A stretch of 41,641 nucleotides of DNA, from NCBI GenBank assembly GCA_964581965.1, contig CAZOPU010000003.1, forward strand, positions 1-41,641, in the 5' to 3' direction. The notes beneath the pieces are model-generated. The model was not told the DNA's origin. It did not search any database and worked only from the letters and a program-made list of their open reading frames with translations. This document shows positions 8,189 through 16,548 of the stretch, in pieces (position 1 is the first letter of the stretch; each line of letters begins with the position of its first letter). The stretch is from an uncultured Methanosarcinales archaeon. Lineage in GTDB: Archaea > Nanobdellota > Nanobdellia > Woesearchaeales > 21-14-0-10-32-9. The position numbers and the translations under genes were made by a program.

Positions 8189-8602
8189 TTACTTATCTGC
8201 CTCTCCTTCTGAAGAAACTGCCTTCTTGGAAGCTTTCTTTACTGTTTTTTTCTCCTCTTTAGCTTCCTTTGCCTTTTTTTCCTTTTTTACTTTTTCTTCT
8301 TTTACTTCGTGAGTTTTCTCATTCTTGGACTTTTTAGGCCTTTCTTCTGCTTTTTTAGGTTTTGTTTCCCTAACATCTATGTTTAGCTCAGCCAATGCCT
8401 TCTTTACATCTGCGTGAGAAGCACCTTTATGAAGCTTTATTACCTTATTCAAAGGCTCCAAATGCCTCACATTGCACTTTCTTCTTCTAGTCTGGCCATC
8501 TATAAGAACTGTGTGTTCATCTAAAACATCCACTATTACACAGGTTTTATTAGAGTCTCTGCCAGCTATTTTCATGCACAGTCTCCCTATATCATTCATC
8601 AT
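8189..8602 (-). CDS. rpl14e: Ribosomal protein eL14 (L14e) with a long Lys/Glu-rich C-terminal extension
   Basis: KOW-type core IGRLCMKIAGRDSNKTCVIVDVLDEHTVLIDG. SD AGGAGG upstream. The tail from about residue 78 is K/E-rich. Confidence 0.85.
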   Translation of the reverse strand: MMNDIGRLCMKIAGRDSNKTCVIVDVLDEHTVLIDGQTRRRKCNVRHLEPLNKVIKLHKGASHADVKKALAELNIDVRETKPKKAEERPKKSKNEKTHEVKEEKVKKEKKAKEAKEEKKTVKKASKKAVSSEGEADK

Positions 8603-8645
8603 TTTTTCTCCTCCTGTAGCTGCCCCATGTTATAAGGCACATCGT

Positions 8646-8692
8646 TGATCCATTCAGAACCTTTGTAGCGTCGCCGCATACAAGCCGGATCA
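8646..8692 (-). other. GC-rich structured RNA element in the rpl34e-rpl14e spacer
   Basis: In the minus-strand RNA, outer helix UGAUCC/GGAUCA encloses hairpin UUGUA(U)GCG-GCGA-CGCUACAA. The hairpin has 8 bp, one bulged U and a GNRA-type tetraloop. The spacer is visibly more GC-rich than other intergenic DNA here. Confidence 0.3.
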
Positions 8693-8695
8693 GAT

Positions 8696-8968
8696 TCAGA
8701 GCTCTAGTTTTCTTGCCCTGCTCTTTATCTCTTCTCTTGCTGCCTTAGAGGATAAAACTCCGCCGAAAGGCCTTGTAGGCCTCTTTTTAGTTAAAGGCAT
8801 ATTTCTAAGCTTTACAGGATATTCTCTTGGAACGCCCTTTAGCTTTTCGCCAGTAACCGCGCAAGTACCTAACTTAGGTTTTCTCCTCGTATACACTAAC
8901 TTGGTTCCCTTTGCTGTTCTTTTTGCCTGTCTGGCAAAAGTCCTTGATTTAGTTTTGTGTTGAACCAT
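8696..8968 (-). CDS. rpl34e: Ribosomal protein eL34 (L34e)
   Basis: RTAKGTKLVYTRRKPKLGTCAVTGEKLKGVPR is typical of L34e. 90 aa. Confidence 0.9.
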   Translation of the reverse strand: MVQHKTKSRTFARQAKRTAKGTKLVYTRRKPKLGTCAVTGEKLKGVPREYPVKLRNMPLTKKRPTRPFGGVLSSKAAREEIKSRARKLEL

Positions 8969-8990
8969 GAATTTAAGGAAAGAAGTTTCA

Positions 8991-8998
8991 TTTATAAA
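8991..8998 (-). promoter_or_regulatory. TATA box (TTTATAAA) for the rpl34e-rpl14e unit
   Basis: Centred about 27 nt upstream of the ATG at 8968, with no SD. The same spacing recurs at other first genes in this window. Confidence 0.45.
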
Positions 8999-9025
8999 TG
9001 TTTTTGAAGAGGAAAATATACTAAA

Positions 9026-9328
9026 TTACAAAAATATGCCTGAACTTTGATTTAGATTTGCAAACAGATGAATCAGCAATAATCTAATAAACAGTATTAA
9101 TAGTATTGCAAGAATTCCCAATGCTATTCCCCATATCGCCATCCTTTTTCCTTCTAGTTGTGATGTTTTTATTTTATTAAGTGCTAATATTCCCATGATT
9201 ACTGCTGCAGTCGCCAGCAATAAACATACAAATCTGACAAGTAGGACTGTGTTTTTAGATATCAAAGATAAAAATACTGAAAGCAACCCAAGAACAAGTG
9301 ATGTTATTGCTAATTTCGAATTGACCAT
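9026..9328 (-). CDS. Small membrane protein, DUF4190-like (paralogue of 9701..10006)
   Basis: Three hydrophobic helices. Shares the ...LVLGLLSV... and GKRMAIWGIALGI pattern with the 9701..10006 product. Its own TATA (ATATATAAATA) is centred about 27 nt upstream of the ATG. Confidence 0.5.
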   Translation of the reverse strand: MVNSKLAITSLVLGLLSVFLSLISKNTVLLVRFVCLLLATAAVIMGILALNKIKTSQLEGKRMAIWGIALGILAILLILFIRLLLIHLFANLNQSSGIFL

Positions 9329-9403
9329 AAATAATTCTTAGAATGTACATATATAAATATTATTAACTAAAATTTATTATTAATTAAACTTAAATTAATA
9401 CGT

Positions 9404-9643
9404 TTAAATGAAAATTCTAAGAAGAGCTATTGCCGCAATTATTGCCCATATAATGTTTAGTACTCCTGGCTGGTATGTTTTTTTCTTTAATGATATGTAA
9501 ACTACTCCAAGAGAACCTAATATGTTCATTGTCAGGTACATTATGCTTGTAGCTGCGGTTACTCCGAACATGTTTAGCGCATAGGCCAAAACAATTAATG
9601 ACATTCCTATCCATCCTATAGTTTCATCAAATATTTTTGCCAT
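9404..9643 (-). CDS. Small hypothetical membrane protein (3 TM helices)
   Basis: The track ORF starts at a TTG (9652). The first ATG is at 9643 (MAKIFDETIGW...) and sits 26 nt downstream of a TAATATAAAT box, which supports that start. Confidence 0.45.
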   Translation of the reverse strand: MAKIFDETIGWIGMSLIVLAYALNMFGVTAATSIMYLTMNILGSLGVVYISLKKKTYQPGVLNIIWAIIAAIALLRIFI

Positions 9644-9700
9644 ACTACTCAATAACTATTTGCTAATATAAATTTATCTGAATTTTAGTTTAAGAAAAGC

Positions 9701-10006
9701 TTACAATCCTTCTACGGATGATAATAATCCTGCTGAATAAAGCATTACAGATAATAAGAGTAGCAGTATGAACAATAGTATTGTGAATCCTCCTGTTACT
9801 ATTCCTGCAATAGCCATGCCTTTTCCTTTTTGCTTATTTTTGTTTATTTTAGTTATGGCCACTATTCCCAGAACTATTGAAGCAATACTGAATACTAATC
9901 CTATAAGGTATATGAACAATAACGGAATGGATATTATTCCAAGAACCATTGAGGCTATCGCGAGCCCTGATGTCTTATCTGGTGATTTTTCTGATGTTTT
10001 TTCCAT
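9701..10006 (-). CDS. Small membrane protein, DUF4190-like
   Basis: GLAIASMVLGIISIPL and GKGMAIAGIVTGG motifs with three hydrophobic helices. A TATTTAAATA box lies about 28 nt upstream of the ATG. Confidence 0.55.
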   Translation of the reverse strand: MEKTSEKSPDKTSGLAIASMVLGIISIPLLFIYLIGLVFSIASIVLGIVAITKINKNKQKGKGMAIAGIVTGGFTILLFILLLLLSVMLYSAGLLSSVEGL

Positions 10007-10063
10007 GCTTCAATCCTTTATTAACTTGTATTTAAATATTTTCAAATAATTTCATTGTGCTAT

Positions 10064-10834
10064 TTATGCCACATTTAGGAGTTTTCTTAATCCTATGCTC
10101 ATCAGGACAGATAATATTATGTATGTCCATAGCCAGTTAAGTCCTTTCAAAAATCCTAGCTCTTTCAATGGTTTTACTTTTTCGTTTCCTATAACTATAC
10201 TTTTTAGTTGGCTGTTTTTATATTGAGAAATTGGATTTTCATATTTTCTTTCATTTGTCACTATTATTTCCTTTGTCTGCTTGAATGTCTCTGACTCTAT
10301 CAGGATTGTATATGTCCCTTCTTCTCCTGTATTCATTATCCATTGTACTGCCTTTATTTTGTCGTTTCCAGGGTCGTATCCTGAATTCCTGTTTATCTCA
10401 GCAGGAGGCATTGAGCTTACATTTATATTCATTAAGTCTCCAGGATAGCTGTTTGATATTACTGCAGTTATAGTAACATTTGAATTTGGGTTTATTGGCT
10501 CATATGCTATTGTTGCATTCATCCATGCAAATATAAGAATCAAAGGTATGAATGTGTAAAGCATTGACCTGAATGATTGCTTCATCATTATCATGTTTTT
10601 GTCTAGCATGTCTTTTTGTATGCTCATCATTTTTTTCTGGTCGTTGCTGTGTTTTTTTAGTTTAGCTTTAAGCTCATTCATTTCTTTTTTTATTTTTTTA
10701 AGCTCTTTCTGATCTGTTGTGTATTTGTATATTATTGTTGTAAGCAATGTTACTAGAAATGATATTATGAATATAAGCCAGAAATAAGGCATGTTCATTA
10801 GACCTTGATATGCTGCAACGAATATGTTTACCAT
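10064..10834 (-). CDS. DUF106 / EMC3-TMCO1 / archaeal YidC-like membrane insertase homologue with a large inserted loop domain
   Basis: Sits at the conserved position directly downstream of secY. Order is TM1 (YFWLIFIISFLVTLLTTIIY), a Lys-rich coiled coil (KELKKIKKEMNELKAKLKK...), TM2, then the family-typical last helix LNWLWTYIILSVLMSIGLRKLL. The track start is a GTG (10840) and the first ATG is at 10834, so the start is uncertain. Confidence 0.7.
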   Translation of the reverse strand: MVNIFVAAYQGLMNMPYFWLIFIISFLVTLLTTIIYKYTTDQKELKKIKKEMNELKAKLKKHSNDQKKMMSIQKDMLDKNMIMMKQSFRSMLYTFIPLILIFAWMNATIAYEPINPNSNVTITAVISNSYPGDLMNINVSSMPPAEINRNSGYDPGNDKIKAVQWIMNTGEEGTYTILIESETFKQTKEIIVTNERKYENPISQYKNSQLKSIVIGNEKVKPLKELGFLKGLNWLWTYIILSVLMSIGLRKLLNVA

Positions 10835-10896
10835 CTTCACCCTCTCTAATAATTATATATTTATTATATATTTGTTTAATATTTTTATTGCAGCAT

Positions 10897-12279
10897 TTAG
10901 CTGAATGCTACAAATTTCTTCATCATTGGATTCATGTCGTACAAGTGCTGTTTTGCTATGTCTTCATACAGCCTGTATATTATCATTACTGTCAAAAGCA
11001 ATCCTGTTCCTGTTCCTATGGCTCCTGTAAGGTCTGCGAATCCTGCCAGAAGTCCTATTGCTATTCCTCCCATTATTGACAAAGGTCCTATGTATCTTTG
11101 CAGGAGTCTTTCAAGGACTCTTTGGTCTCTTCTGAATCCTGGTATTTGGAGTCCTGAGTTTACCATTTGTTTTGCCTGGCTTCCTGCGTCAAGTCCTGCT
11201 GTCTGGACCCAGAATACACTGAATAAGACTGCACCTATTACATATACTAAAAGGAAGCATAAGGCTTGAAGTATCATCATCCATGTTATTGACCCAATTA
11301 TTGATGCATTAAGAAGATTTGGTGCTGTGACCCAGTAAACAAATCCTGATACTGGAGAATTTCCTGAGAATGATCCAAGCCATGGATGTCCCCAGTTTTG
11401 GAGGAGCCTAGCAAATAATTGTATGTTCGCAAGCAGTGCTGCCACAAGTATTACTGGAATGTTGCTTGCGTAAAGGAGGTTTAAAGGCCATCTTATTCCA
11501 TGTCCTGCAACTCTTCCGAAGCTTAATGGTATTTCTACTTTTATTGATTGTATATAGACTACTATTAGAAATACAGCTATTGTGGCTATTATTGTAGCGA
11601 GTGATAATGTTGCTTGTAATGTGTTTCCTTGGCTTAGGCTTTGCACTATTAATGGTATGTGTCCTACAGGAGGCAATTCAGGCGTCATCATGTTTCCAAG
11701 GGAGTTTAAGGGACTAAATAATTGTATGAATATCTGTTGGCTTACTCCCGCTGCTATGAATAAACTTATTCCTGAGCCGAAGCCGTATTTTGATACTACT
11801 TCGTCCATCATCATTATTAATATTCCTCCAATTAGAAGTTGTAGTATTAGTATTAATGGACTTATTCCTGTTTCTGGTGCTAATCCTCCCATGTTTACGA
11901 ATATGAATGCTTCAACTATTATGAAGAATACCCCTAGTAGTTTTTGTATTCCTTGAAATCTTCTTTTTCCTTCCTGGGATGTCAAGTCAAATTTTACGAG
12001 TCCTGATCCTTTTAGAAGTTGCAGCACTATTGATGCTGTTACTATTGGACCTATTCCCAAGCTTATTATACTTCCGAAGCTTGCACCTAGGATTGTGCTT
12101 AAGAATGTGAATTGCTCAAGGCTGTTTTTTCCTAGTCCATAAAGCGGTATAAGTCCCAGAAGGAAGTATAATCCTAGAATTATTCCAGTCCATTTCAGTT
12201 TTGTGCTGAATGCCAGTTTTTTTTGAGTGGGAGGTCTTACCTCTGGAAGATATTCAATTACTTTGTCTAAAAGCCCCAT
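10897..12279 (-). CDS. secY: Preprotein translocase subunit SecY
   Basis: Ten-TM SecY architecture at the conserved position after L15. The track start is a GTG (12294) inside an SD-like GGGTGA. ATG 12279 gives MGLLDKVIEYLPEVRPP. Confidence 0.95.
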   Translation of the reverse strand: MGLLDKVIEYLPEVRPPTQKKLAFSTKLKWTGIILGLYFLLGLIPLYGLGKNSLEQFTFLSTILGASFGSIISLGIGPIVTASIVLQLLKGSGLVKFDLTSQEGKRRFQGIQKLLGVFFIIVEAFIFVNMGGLAPETGISPLILILQLLIGGILIMMMDEVVSKYGFGSGISLFIAAGVSQQIFIQLFSPLNSLGNMMTPELPPVGHIPLIVQSLSQGNTLQATLSLATIIATIAVFLIVVYIQSIKVEIPLSFGRVAGHGIRWPLNLLYASNIPVILVAALLANIQLFARLLQNWGHPWLGSFSGNSPVSGFVYWVTAPNLLNASIIGSITWMMILQALCFLLVYVIGAVLFSVFWVQTAGLDAGSQAKQMVNSGLQIPGFRRDQRVLERLLQRYIGPLSIMGGIAIGLLAGFADLTGAIGTGTGLLLTVMIIYRLYEDIAKQHLYDMNPMMKKFVAFS

Positions 12280-12361
12280 TTTTAAGCCCTTCACCCTTTT
12301 ATAATATAAATTTAACTATATTCTTGATTTAGTATTTAAAAAAATGTTTTTTAAGCTAAAT

Positions 12362-12817
12362 TCACTCTTCTTTTTTTGAGAGGAGATTTAGCTTTCCCCC
12401 TGTTTTTGCTAGTTTTTCTTCTGCGTTCTTTGATGCTTTTTCTACTGTTATTATTAGTTTTTTTGATGTGTTTCCTGCACCAAGGAGTTTTGTGTATCCT
12501 AGCTCGTTTAGGTTTATTGAGATTGCACCGTTTTCTTTTTTTGCTTTTCCTTTAGCTACAAGTGTATCGGCGATAGTATCTAGGTGGGCTATGTTTATTG
12601 TGTGTTCTTTTTCAGTGTTTATGTTTACAAAGCCTCTTTTTCCGAAGTAATTTGGATTGCTCCAGTAGAGTGTTTTCTTTGCGTCTCCTCTTTTTCCTGA
12701 GCCTGCAAGTCCTCTTCCTCCTCTGCTTCCTGCGCCTCTGTGTTTTTTCTTCGCGCCCCAGCCGTGAGTCCAGCTTCCTCTTTGTCTGCTGTTTTTGCTT
12801 CTTTTATTGTGCGTCAT
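12362..12817 (-). CDS. rpl15: Ribosomal protein uL15
   Basis: HGWGAKKKHRGAGSRGGRGLAGSGKRG; operon position. Confidence 0.9.
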   Translation of the reverse strand: MTHNKRSKNSRQRGSWTHGWGAKKKHRGAGSRGGRGLAGSGKRGDAKKTLYWSNPNYFGKRGFVNINTEKEHTINIAHLDTIADTLVAKGKAKKENGAISINLNELGYTKLLGAGNTSKKLIITVEKASKNAEEKLAKTGGKLNLLSKKEE

Positions 12818-12826
12818 TATTTTCCC

Positions 12827-13195
12827 TTACATCATTTTTTTTAGTAGCTCGCCCATTTTTTCTCCTCTGTATCCTAGGGCGCCTTTTGATGAGTATGGCA
12901 CTTTTGTACCTTTTCTTTCAAGGCCTCCTTTTGGTGGAGAAAGGGTGTAGTGATTGTTTTTCTTTTCTCTTTTTGAATCTAATTCTTTTATTGTTTCTTC
13001 GCTGACTTCTCCGTATGTTATGTAATCCTTACATTTTTGGAGCATTCCTCTGCTTGAGGGCGTGTCTAGGACTATTGAGCATGAGTATCTTTTTTGTAGG
13101 TTAAGCATTCTCAATGTGTCTTTTATGTCTTTGTTTAATCCTATGAGTCCCCTTAGGAGTACTGCTGCAAGGTATTTGTTTTTTTGTTCAGTCAT
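12827..13195 (-). CDS. rpl30: Ribosomal protein uL30
   Basis: AAVLLRGLIGLNKDIKDTLRMLNLQKR; lies between S5 and L15. Confidence 0.85.
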   Translation of the reverse strand: MTEQKNKYLAAVLLRGLIGLNKDIKDTLRMLNLQKRYSCSIVLDTPSSRGMLQKCKDYITYGEVSEETIKELDSKREKKNNHYTLSPPKGGLERKGTKVPYSSKGALGYRGEKMGELLKKMM

Positions 13196-14012
13196 TTTGT
13201 GCTCCCTTTAGTTTTCCTTCTTGTAATGATAATGATTCTTTGTCTTGCGGTCTTACTCTTGCTTTTATTAGTTGTCTTAGCGCACTTTCGCATGCAGTTA
13301 TTAGGTTTATTTTGTTTTTTGTCTGGCCTTGTGTTTTTGACCACACATCTTTTATTCCTGCTAGTGCAAGTATTTTTGCGCATTCTTTTTCTACACATAA
13401 CCCTGTTCCTTTTGGTGCAGGCATTAATTTTATTTTTACTGATCCGCATTTTCCTTCTACTGCGAATGGTATTGAGTTTGCCTCTTTTGAGCTTGCTTGT
13501 GATTGCCAGCTTCCGTTTCCCCTTGAGATTTTGAAGAGATTTAGTTTTGCTGCTTTTAGTGCTTTTTCTCTTGCAGGTACTGTTTCCTTGCTTTTTCCAA
13601 GTCCTATTCCTACATATCCATCTTTGTTTCCTACTACTGCAAGTGTTGTAAATTTAGGTTTGTTTCCTTCTCTTGTTTTTTTCTGTGTTTGCCTGAATAC
13701 TCTTCTTTGTCCTCCTCCGAATTTTCCTTTTGCCTGTCCAATTAGGAGAAGCTCTGATTCAAGCTGTAATAATGAGTCTATAATTTCTGGTTCTAGTATT
13801 GTCAGTCCGTTGTCCAGTATTTCATCTATGTTTTGTATTTCTTTTGATTGTACTTTTCTTCCCAGGTCTGTTTTTGGTTTCCAGTTTTTTACTTCTTGTA
13901 GCTCTATTTTTGTCTGCTCTTCGTTTACTGGCTCCAGTACAAGAGGAGCTTCAGCTACTGGTGGAATAGATGTTTTTCTTGAGCGTGGTTTTTGATTGTT
14001 TGGTTTTTGCAT
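13188..14012 (-). CDS. rps5: Ribosomal protein uS5 (extended N-terminus)
   Basis: TLAVVGNKDGYVGIGLGKSKETVPAREKALKAAKLNL. The track start is a GTG (14021) and the first ATG is at 14012. It overlaps the rpl30 start by 8 nt. Confidence 0.9.
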   Translation of the reverse strand: MQKPNNQKPRSRKTSIPPVAEAPLVLEPVNEEQTKIELQEVKNWKPKTDLGRKVQSKEIQNIDEILDNGLTILEPEIIDSLLQLESELLLIGQAKGKFGGGQRRVFRQTQKKTREGNKPKFTTLAVVGNKDGYVGIGLGKSKETVPAREKALKAAKLNLFKISRGNGSWQSQASSKEANSIPFAVEGKCGSVKIKLMPAPKGTGLCVEKECAKILALAGIKDVWSKTQGQTKNKINLITACESALRQLIKARVRPQDKESLSLQEGKLKGAQND

Positions 14013-14017
14013 TTTAA

Positions 14018-14533
14018 TCACTTAGCTAGCTCCTTTTTGATTTTTTCAAAGTCTTGTGTTATGTTTTTGTGATTGTCCAGGTAGTTGGATATGTGTTCTC
14101 CTTTTATCCTTTCTTCTTTAGGGAATATTTCCTCGTTTGCTTTTATTTTAAGTCCTGCATCTATTGCACCTTTGACTGCTGCAAACATTTTTGATCCTTT
14201 TATTGGGCTTTGCAATCCCAGATCTATTATTGCCTCATTTATTCCTTTTACTTTTGCCTTGTTTGCTGCGAGCATTCCTGCAAGGTATGCTGCAGGGATG
14301 TTTTTACAGGAGTGTTTCCATCCTTTTTTCTGTAGCTCTTTTGATTGAACTGTTATTAGGACTTTGTCTCCTTCCTCTGAATATTGAACTAACTGTAGTA
14401 ATATTTGAGTATTGGTTTTTCTTATTACAAGTCTTTCTGTTTTTCCTTTTAGTAGTTCTAGTCTTTTCTTGTAATTAGTTCTTCCTTCTCTTTTTCTTCT
14501 GTATCTGACTGTGAATTTTGTTGTTGATTTCAT
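14018..14533 (-). CDS. rpl18: Ribosomal protein uL18
   Basis: RYRRKREGRTNYKKRLELLKGKTERLVIRKTN. Confidence 0.9.
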   Translation of the reverse strand: MKSTTKFTVRYRRKREGRTNYKKRLELLKGKTERLVIRKTNTQILLQLVQYSEEGDKVLITVQSKELQKKGWKHSCKNIPAAYLAGMLAANKAKVKGINEAIIDLGLQSPIKGSKMFAAVKGAIDAGLKIKANEEIFPKEERIKGEHISNYLDNHKNITQDFEKIKKELAK

Positions 14534-14540
14534 GTTTTAA

Positions 14541-15041
14541 TCACTTCTGTGCTTTTGTTTTTTGAGTCTTCTCTTGCTTTTTGCTCCCTGTTTTTTGGGA
14601 TGTTATGAATAGCTTGTTGTCTTCCAGGTATATTTTTATGTGTCTTATGCTTCTGAAGAAGCCGCCTTTTGATTTTCTGTATAGTTCCCTGTAAGTTTGG
14701 TTTGATATTGTGTTCTTGTTTTTTAGTTCCTTTATGAATTCTCTTTGACTTCTTATGGTATTCATCCAGAGTTTTTTACTTGGGAGCCTTGATGTTTCTC
14801 TTCCTTTTCTGGAACCTGCTCCTTTCCTTCTTCCTTTGGATTTTTGCTTTTGTATTGTCCTTGATCTTGATCTTGATACTCCTTTTTTCTGTATTCTTGA
14901 TATTGCCCCTTCATTTATTAGCTGTCTCACATCTACTTTTGTTATGGCTTCTTTTATGTCTGCCAGTCTTTCGTTGTCAAATTTTATTCTTTTTTGTGAC
15001 GCTTTTAGTATTTGTGATGATAATCTTTTTTGTATGTTCAT
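14541..15041 (-). CDS. rpl19e: Ribosomal protein eL19
   Basis: MNIQKRLSSQILKASQKRIKFDNERL...KKGVSRSRSR. Confidence 0.9.
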   Translation of the reverse strand: MNIQKRLSSQILKASQKRIKFDNERLADIKEAITKVDVRQLINEGAISRIQKKGVSRSRSRTIQKQKSKGRRKGAGSRKGRETSRLPSKKLWMNTIRSQREFIKELKNKNTISNQTYRELYRKSKGGFFRSIRHIKIYLEDNKLFITSQKTGSKKQEKTQKTKAQK

Positions 15042-15054
15042 TGTGAATCAGCTC

Positions 15055-15573
15055 TTATTTTTTTGTGAGTATCTTGTCTTTTTCTTCTTTTTCCTGTTTC
15101 TTTTTTTCTTCTTCTGATTGCTCTTCTTTTTTCTCCTCTGATTTTTTTGCCTTTAATGCTTCTTCGTCTTTTTTTGTTTCTTTTTTCTTTTCAGAGTCTT
15201 TCTTTTTTTCTGCCAGGAATTTTTCTGCGTTTTCCTTGTACATTTTTGAGTTGAAATTTATTAGTGTTATTTTTAATTTTTCAGCTTCGCTTATTAGCTC
15301 CATTTTTCTCTTTTTTCCTACTCCTGTAAGTAGTGCTGCTTGAGTTTTAGGATTTATTTTTTTTAATTGCTCTATTGTTGCTACTGAAATTATCATCAAG
15401 CCCTGTTTGCTCTTTCCCCTGTCTGATGCTTTTGTTCCGTATCCTGGTCTTACACAAGGGGCATGGCCTGCTCTTCTTAGTCTGCTTTTGTTTGTTATTC
15501 CTTTTGGCCTTCTCCATACTTCTTGCAGTCTTTTCTTCTTATGAATGTCTTTTCTGATAAATTTTCTGGCCAT
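15055..15573 (-). CDS. rpl32e: Ribosomal protein eL32 with a Lys/Glu-rich C-terminal extension
   Basis: HKKKRLQEVWRRPKGITNKSRLRRAGHAPCVRPGYG. The tail is KKKDSEKKKETKKDEEALKAKKSEEKKEEQSEEEKKKQEKEEKDK. Confidence 0.9.
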   Translation of the reverse strand: MARKFIRKDIHKKKRLQEVWRRPKGITNKSRLRRAGHAPCVRPGYGTKASDRGKSKQGLMIISVATIEQLKKINPKTQAALLTGVGKKRKMELISEAEKLKITLINFNSKMYKENAEKFLAEKKKDSEKKKETKKDEEALKAKKSEEKKEEQSEEEKKKQEKEEKDKILTKK

Positions 15574-15584
15574 GTTTATTCACT

Positions 15585-16130
15585 TCATACTTTTTTATTG
15601 TTTTTTTCTATTATGTATATGCCGTCTTGGAATATTCTTTTGTCGAATCCTGGTCTTCTTGTTAGTTTTTCTATTGCGCCTGCTGTTAAGCCTGCTAGTT
15701 CTTTGTCTGTGGCGTGGACTGTTATTATGTCTCCATCTACTTTTACGTCTGCACCTTGTTTTATTTTGAGTGTTCTAGGGACTTTTTCTCCTATGAAGTT
15801 CTTTATTTCTAATACTCCGTTTTTTACTGCCACAGACATAGGAAAGTGACCCGAGCATATTTTTAGTTTGTATGTGAATCCTTCCTGCACTCCTTTTACC
15901 ATATTTATTAGGTGTGCCCTGGTAGTGAATAGGTTCTTTTTTTCTTTTTGTGATGATTTGTCGTATTTTATTACTAGCTCATTCCCTTCTTTTGATATTT
16001 TTATCTGCTTGTCTGGGAGTTTTCTTTTTATTTCTCCTTTAGGACCTTTTATTACTATGTCTGTCTTATCAAGTCTGAACTCGCAGTTATGCGGGAATTC
16101 TATTTTTTCTTGAAATCCGTGTTTTTCCAT
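15585..16130 (-). CDS. rpl6: Ribosomal protein uL6
   Basis: IVIKGPKGEIKRKL...; operon position. Confidence 0.9.
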   Translation of the reverse strand: MEKHGFQEKIEFPHNCEFRLDKTDIVIKGPKGEIKRKLPDKQIKISKEGNELVIKYDKSSQKEKKNLFTTRAHLINMVKGVQEGFTYKLKICSGHFPMSVAVKNGVLEIKNFIGEKVPRTLKIKQGADVKVDGDIITVHATDKELAGLTAGAIEKLTRRPGFDKRIFQDGIYIIEKNNKKV

Positions 16131-16140
16131 TTTTGTTCAC

Positions 16141-16530
16141 TTAGTATACATAGCAGATTAGTGTTCCGCCCAGGTTAAGTTCTTTTGCCTTTATGTTTGT
16201 CATTAGTCCCTTGTTTGTTGATACTAAAAGGAGACCCATTCCCAATGCAGGGAGGAATTTCTTTTCGTATTTTTCATAATCGCTTACTTTCACCTTGAAT
16301 CTTGGAGTTATTACTCCGCATTTGTTTATTTTTCCTATAATATTTATTTTTAATGATGATTGTGCATCTTCTTGTATTTCGTAGCTTCCTAGGTATTGCT
16401 CATCCTGGAGTATTTTTAGGACTTCCCTTATTAGCTTTGAGTTGTTTTTTGTTGTGAGTTCTTGTCTGCCGAGCCTTTCATAGTTATTTATGAATGATAA
16501 GACGTTTGCTAGTGGGTCGTTAAGTGTCAT
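16141..16530 (-). CDS. rps8: Ribosomal protein uS8
   Basis: MTLNDPLANVLSFINNYERLG. Confidence 0.9.
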   Translation of the reverse strand: MTLNDPLANVLSFINNYERLGRQELTTKNNSKLIREVLKILQDEQYLGSYEIQEDAQSSLKINIIGKINKCGVITPRFKVKVSDYEKYEKKFLPALGMGLLLVSTNKGLMTNIKAKELNLGGTLICYVY

Positions 16531-16548
16531 TGTTTTTCCTCATTGATT

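Noticed and set aside
8603-8695. GC-rich spacer tested as a tRNA gene.
   Set aside because: There is no GTTCRANNC-type T-loop, no acceptor/T-arm pairing and no cloverleaf on either strand. It is kept only as an unclassified structured element.
13192-13449. Highly basic alternative-frame minus-strand ORFs overlapping real genes: 85 aa inside rps5, and 19414..19656 (80 aa) inside sui1.
   Set aside because: They are same-strand frame-shifted readings of A-rich coding sequence, which naturally give Lys/Arg/Asn-rich peptides. There is no independent start context.
13240-13995. 251-aa plus-strand ORF, plus similar plus-strand ORFs such as 13184..13534, 14780..15046, 18191..18682, 12598..13005 and 40192..40806.
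   Set aside because: All are antisense shadows of ribosomal-protein or cdc6 genes. They have Phe/Leu/Ser/Cys-rich compositions generated by the purine-rich coding strand. None has an independent signal.
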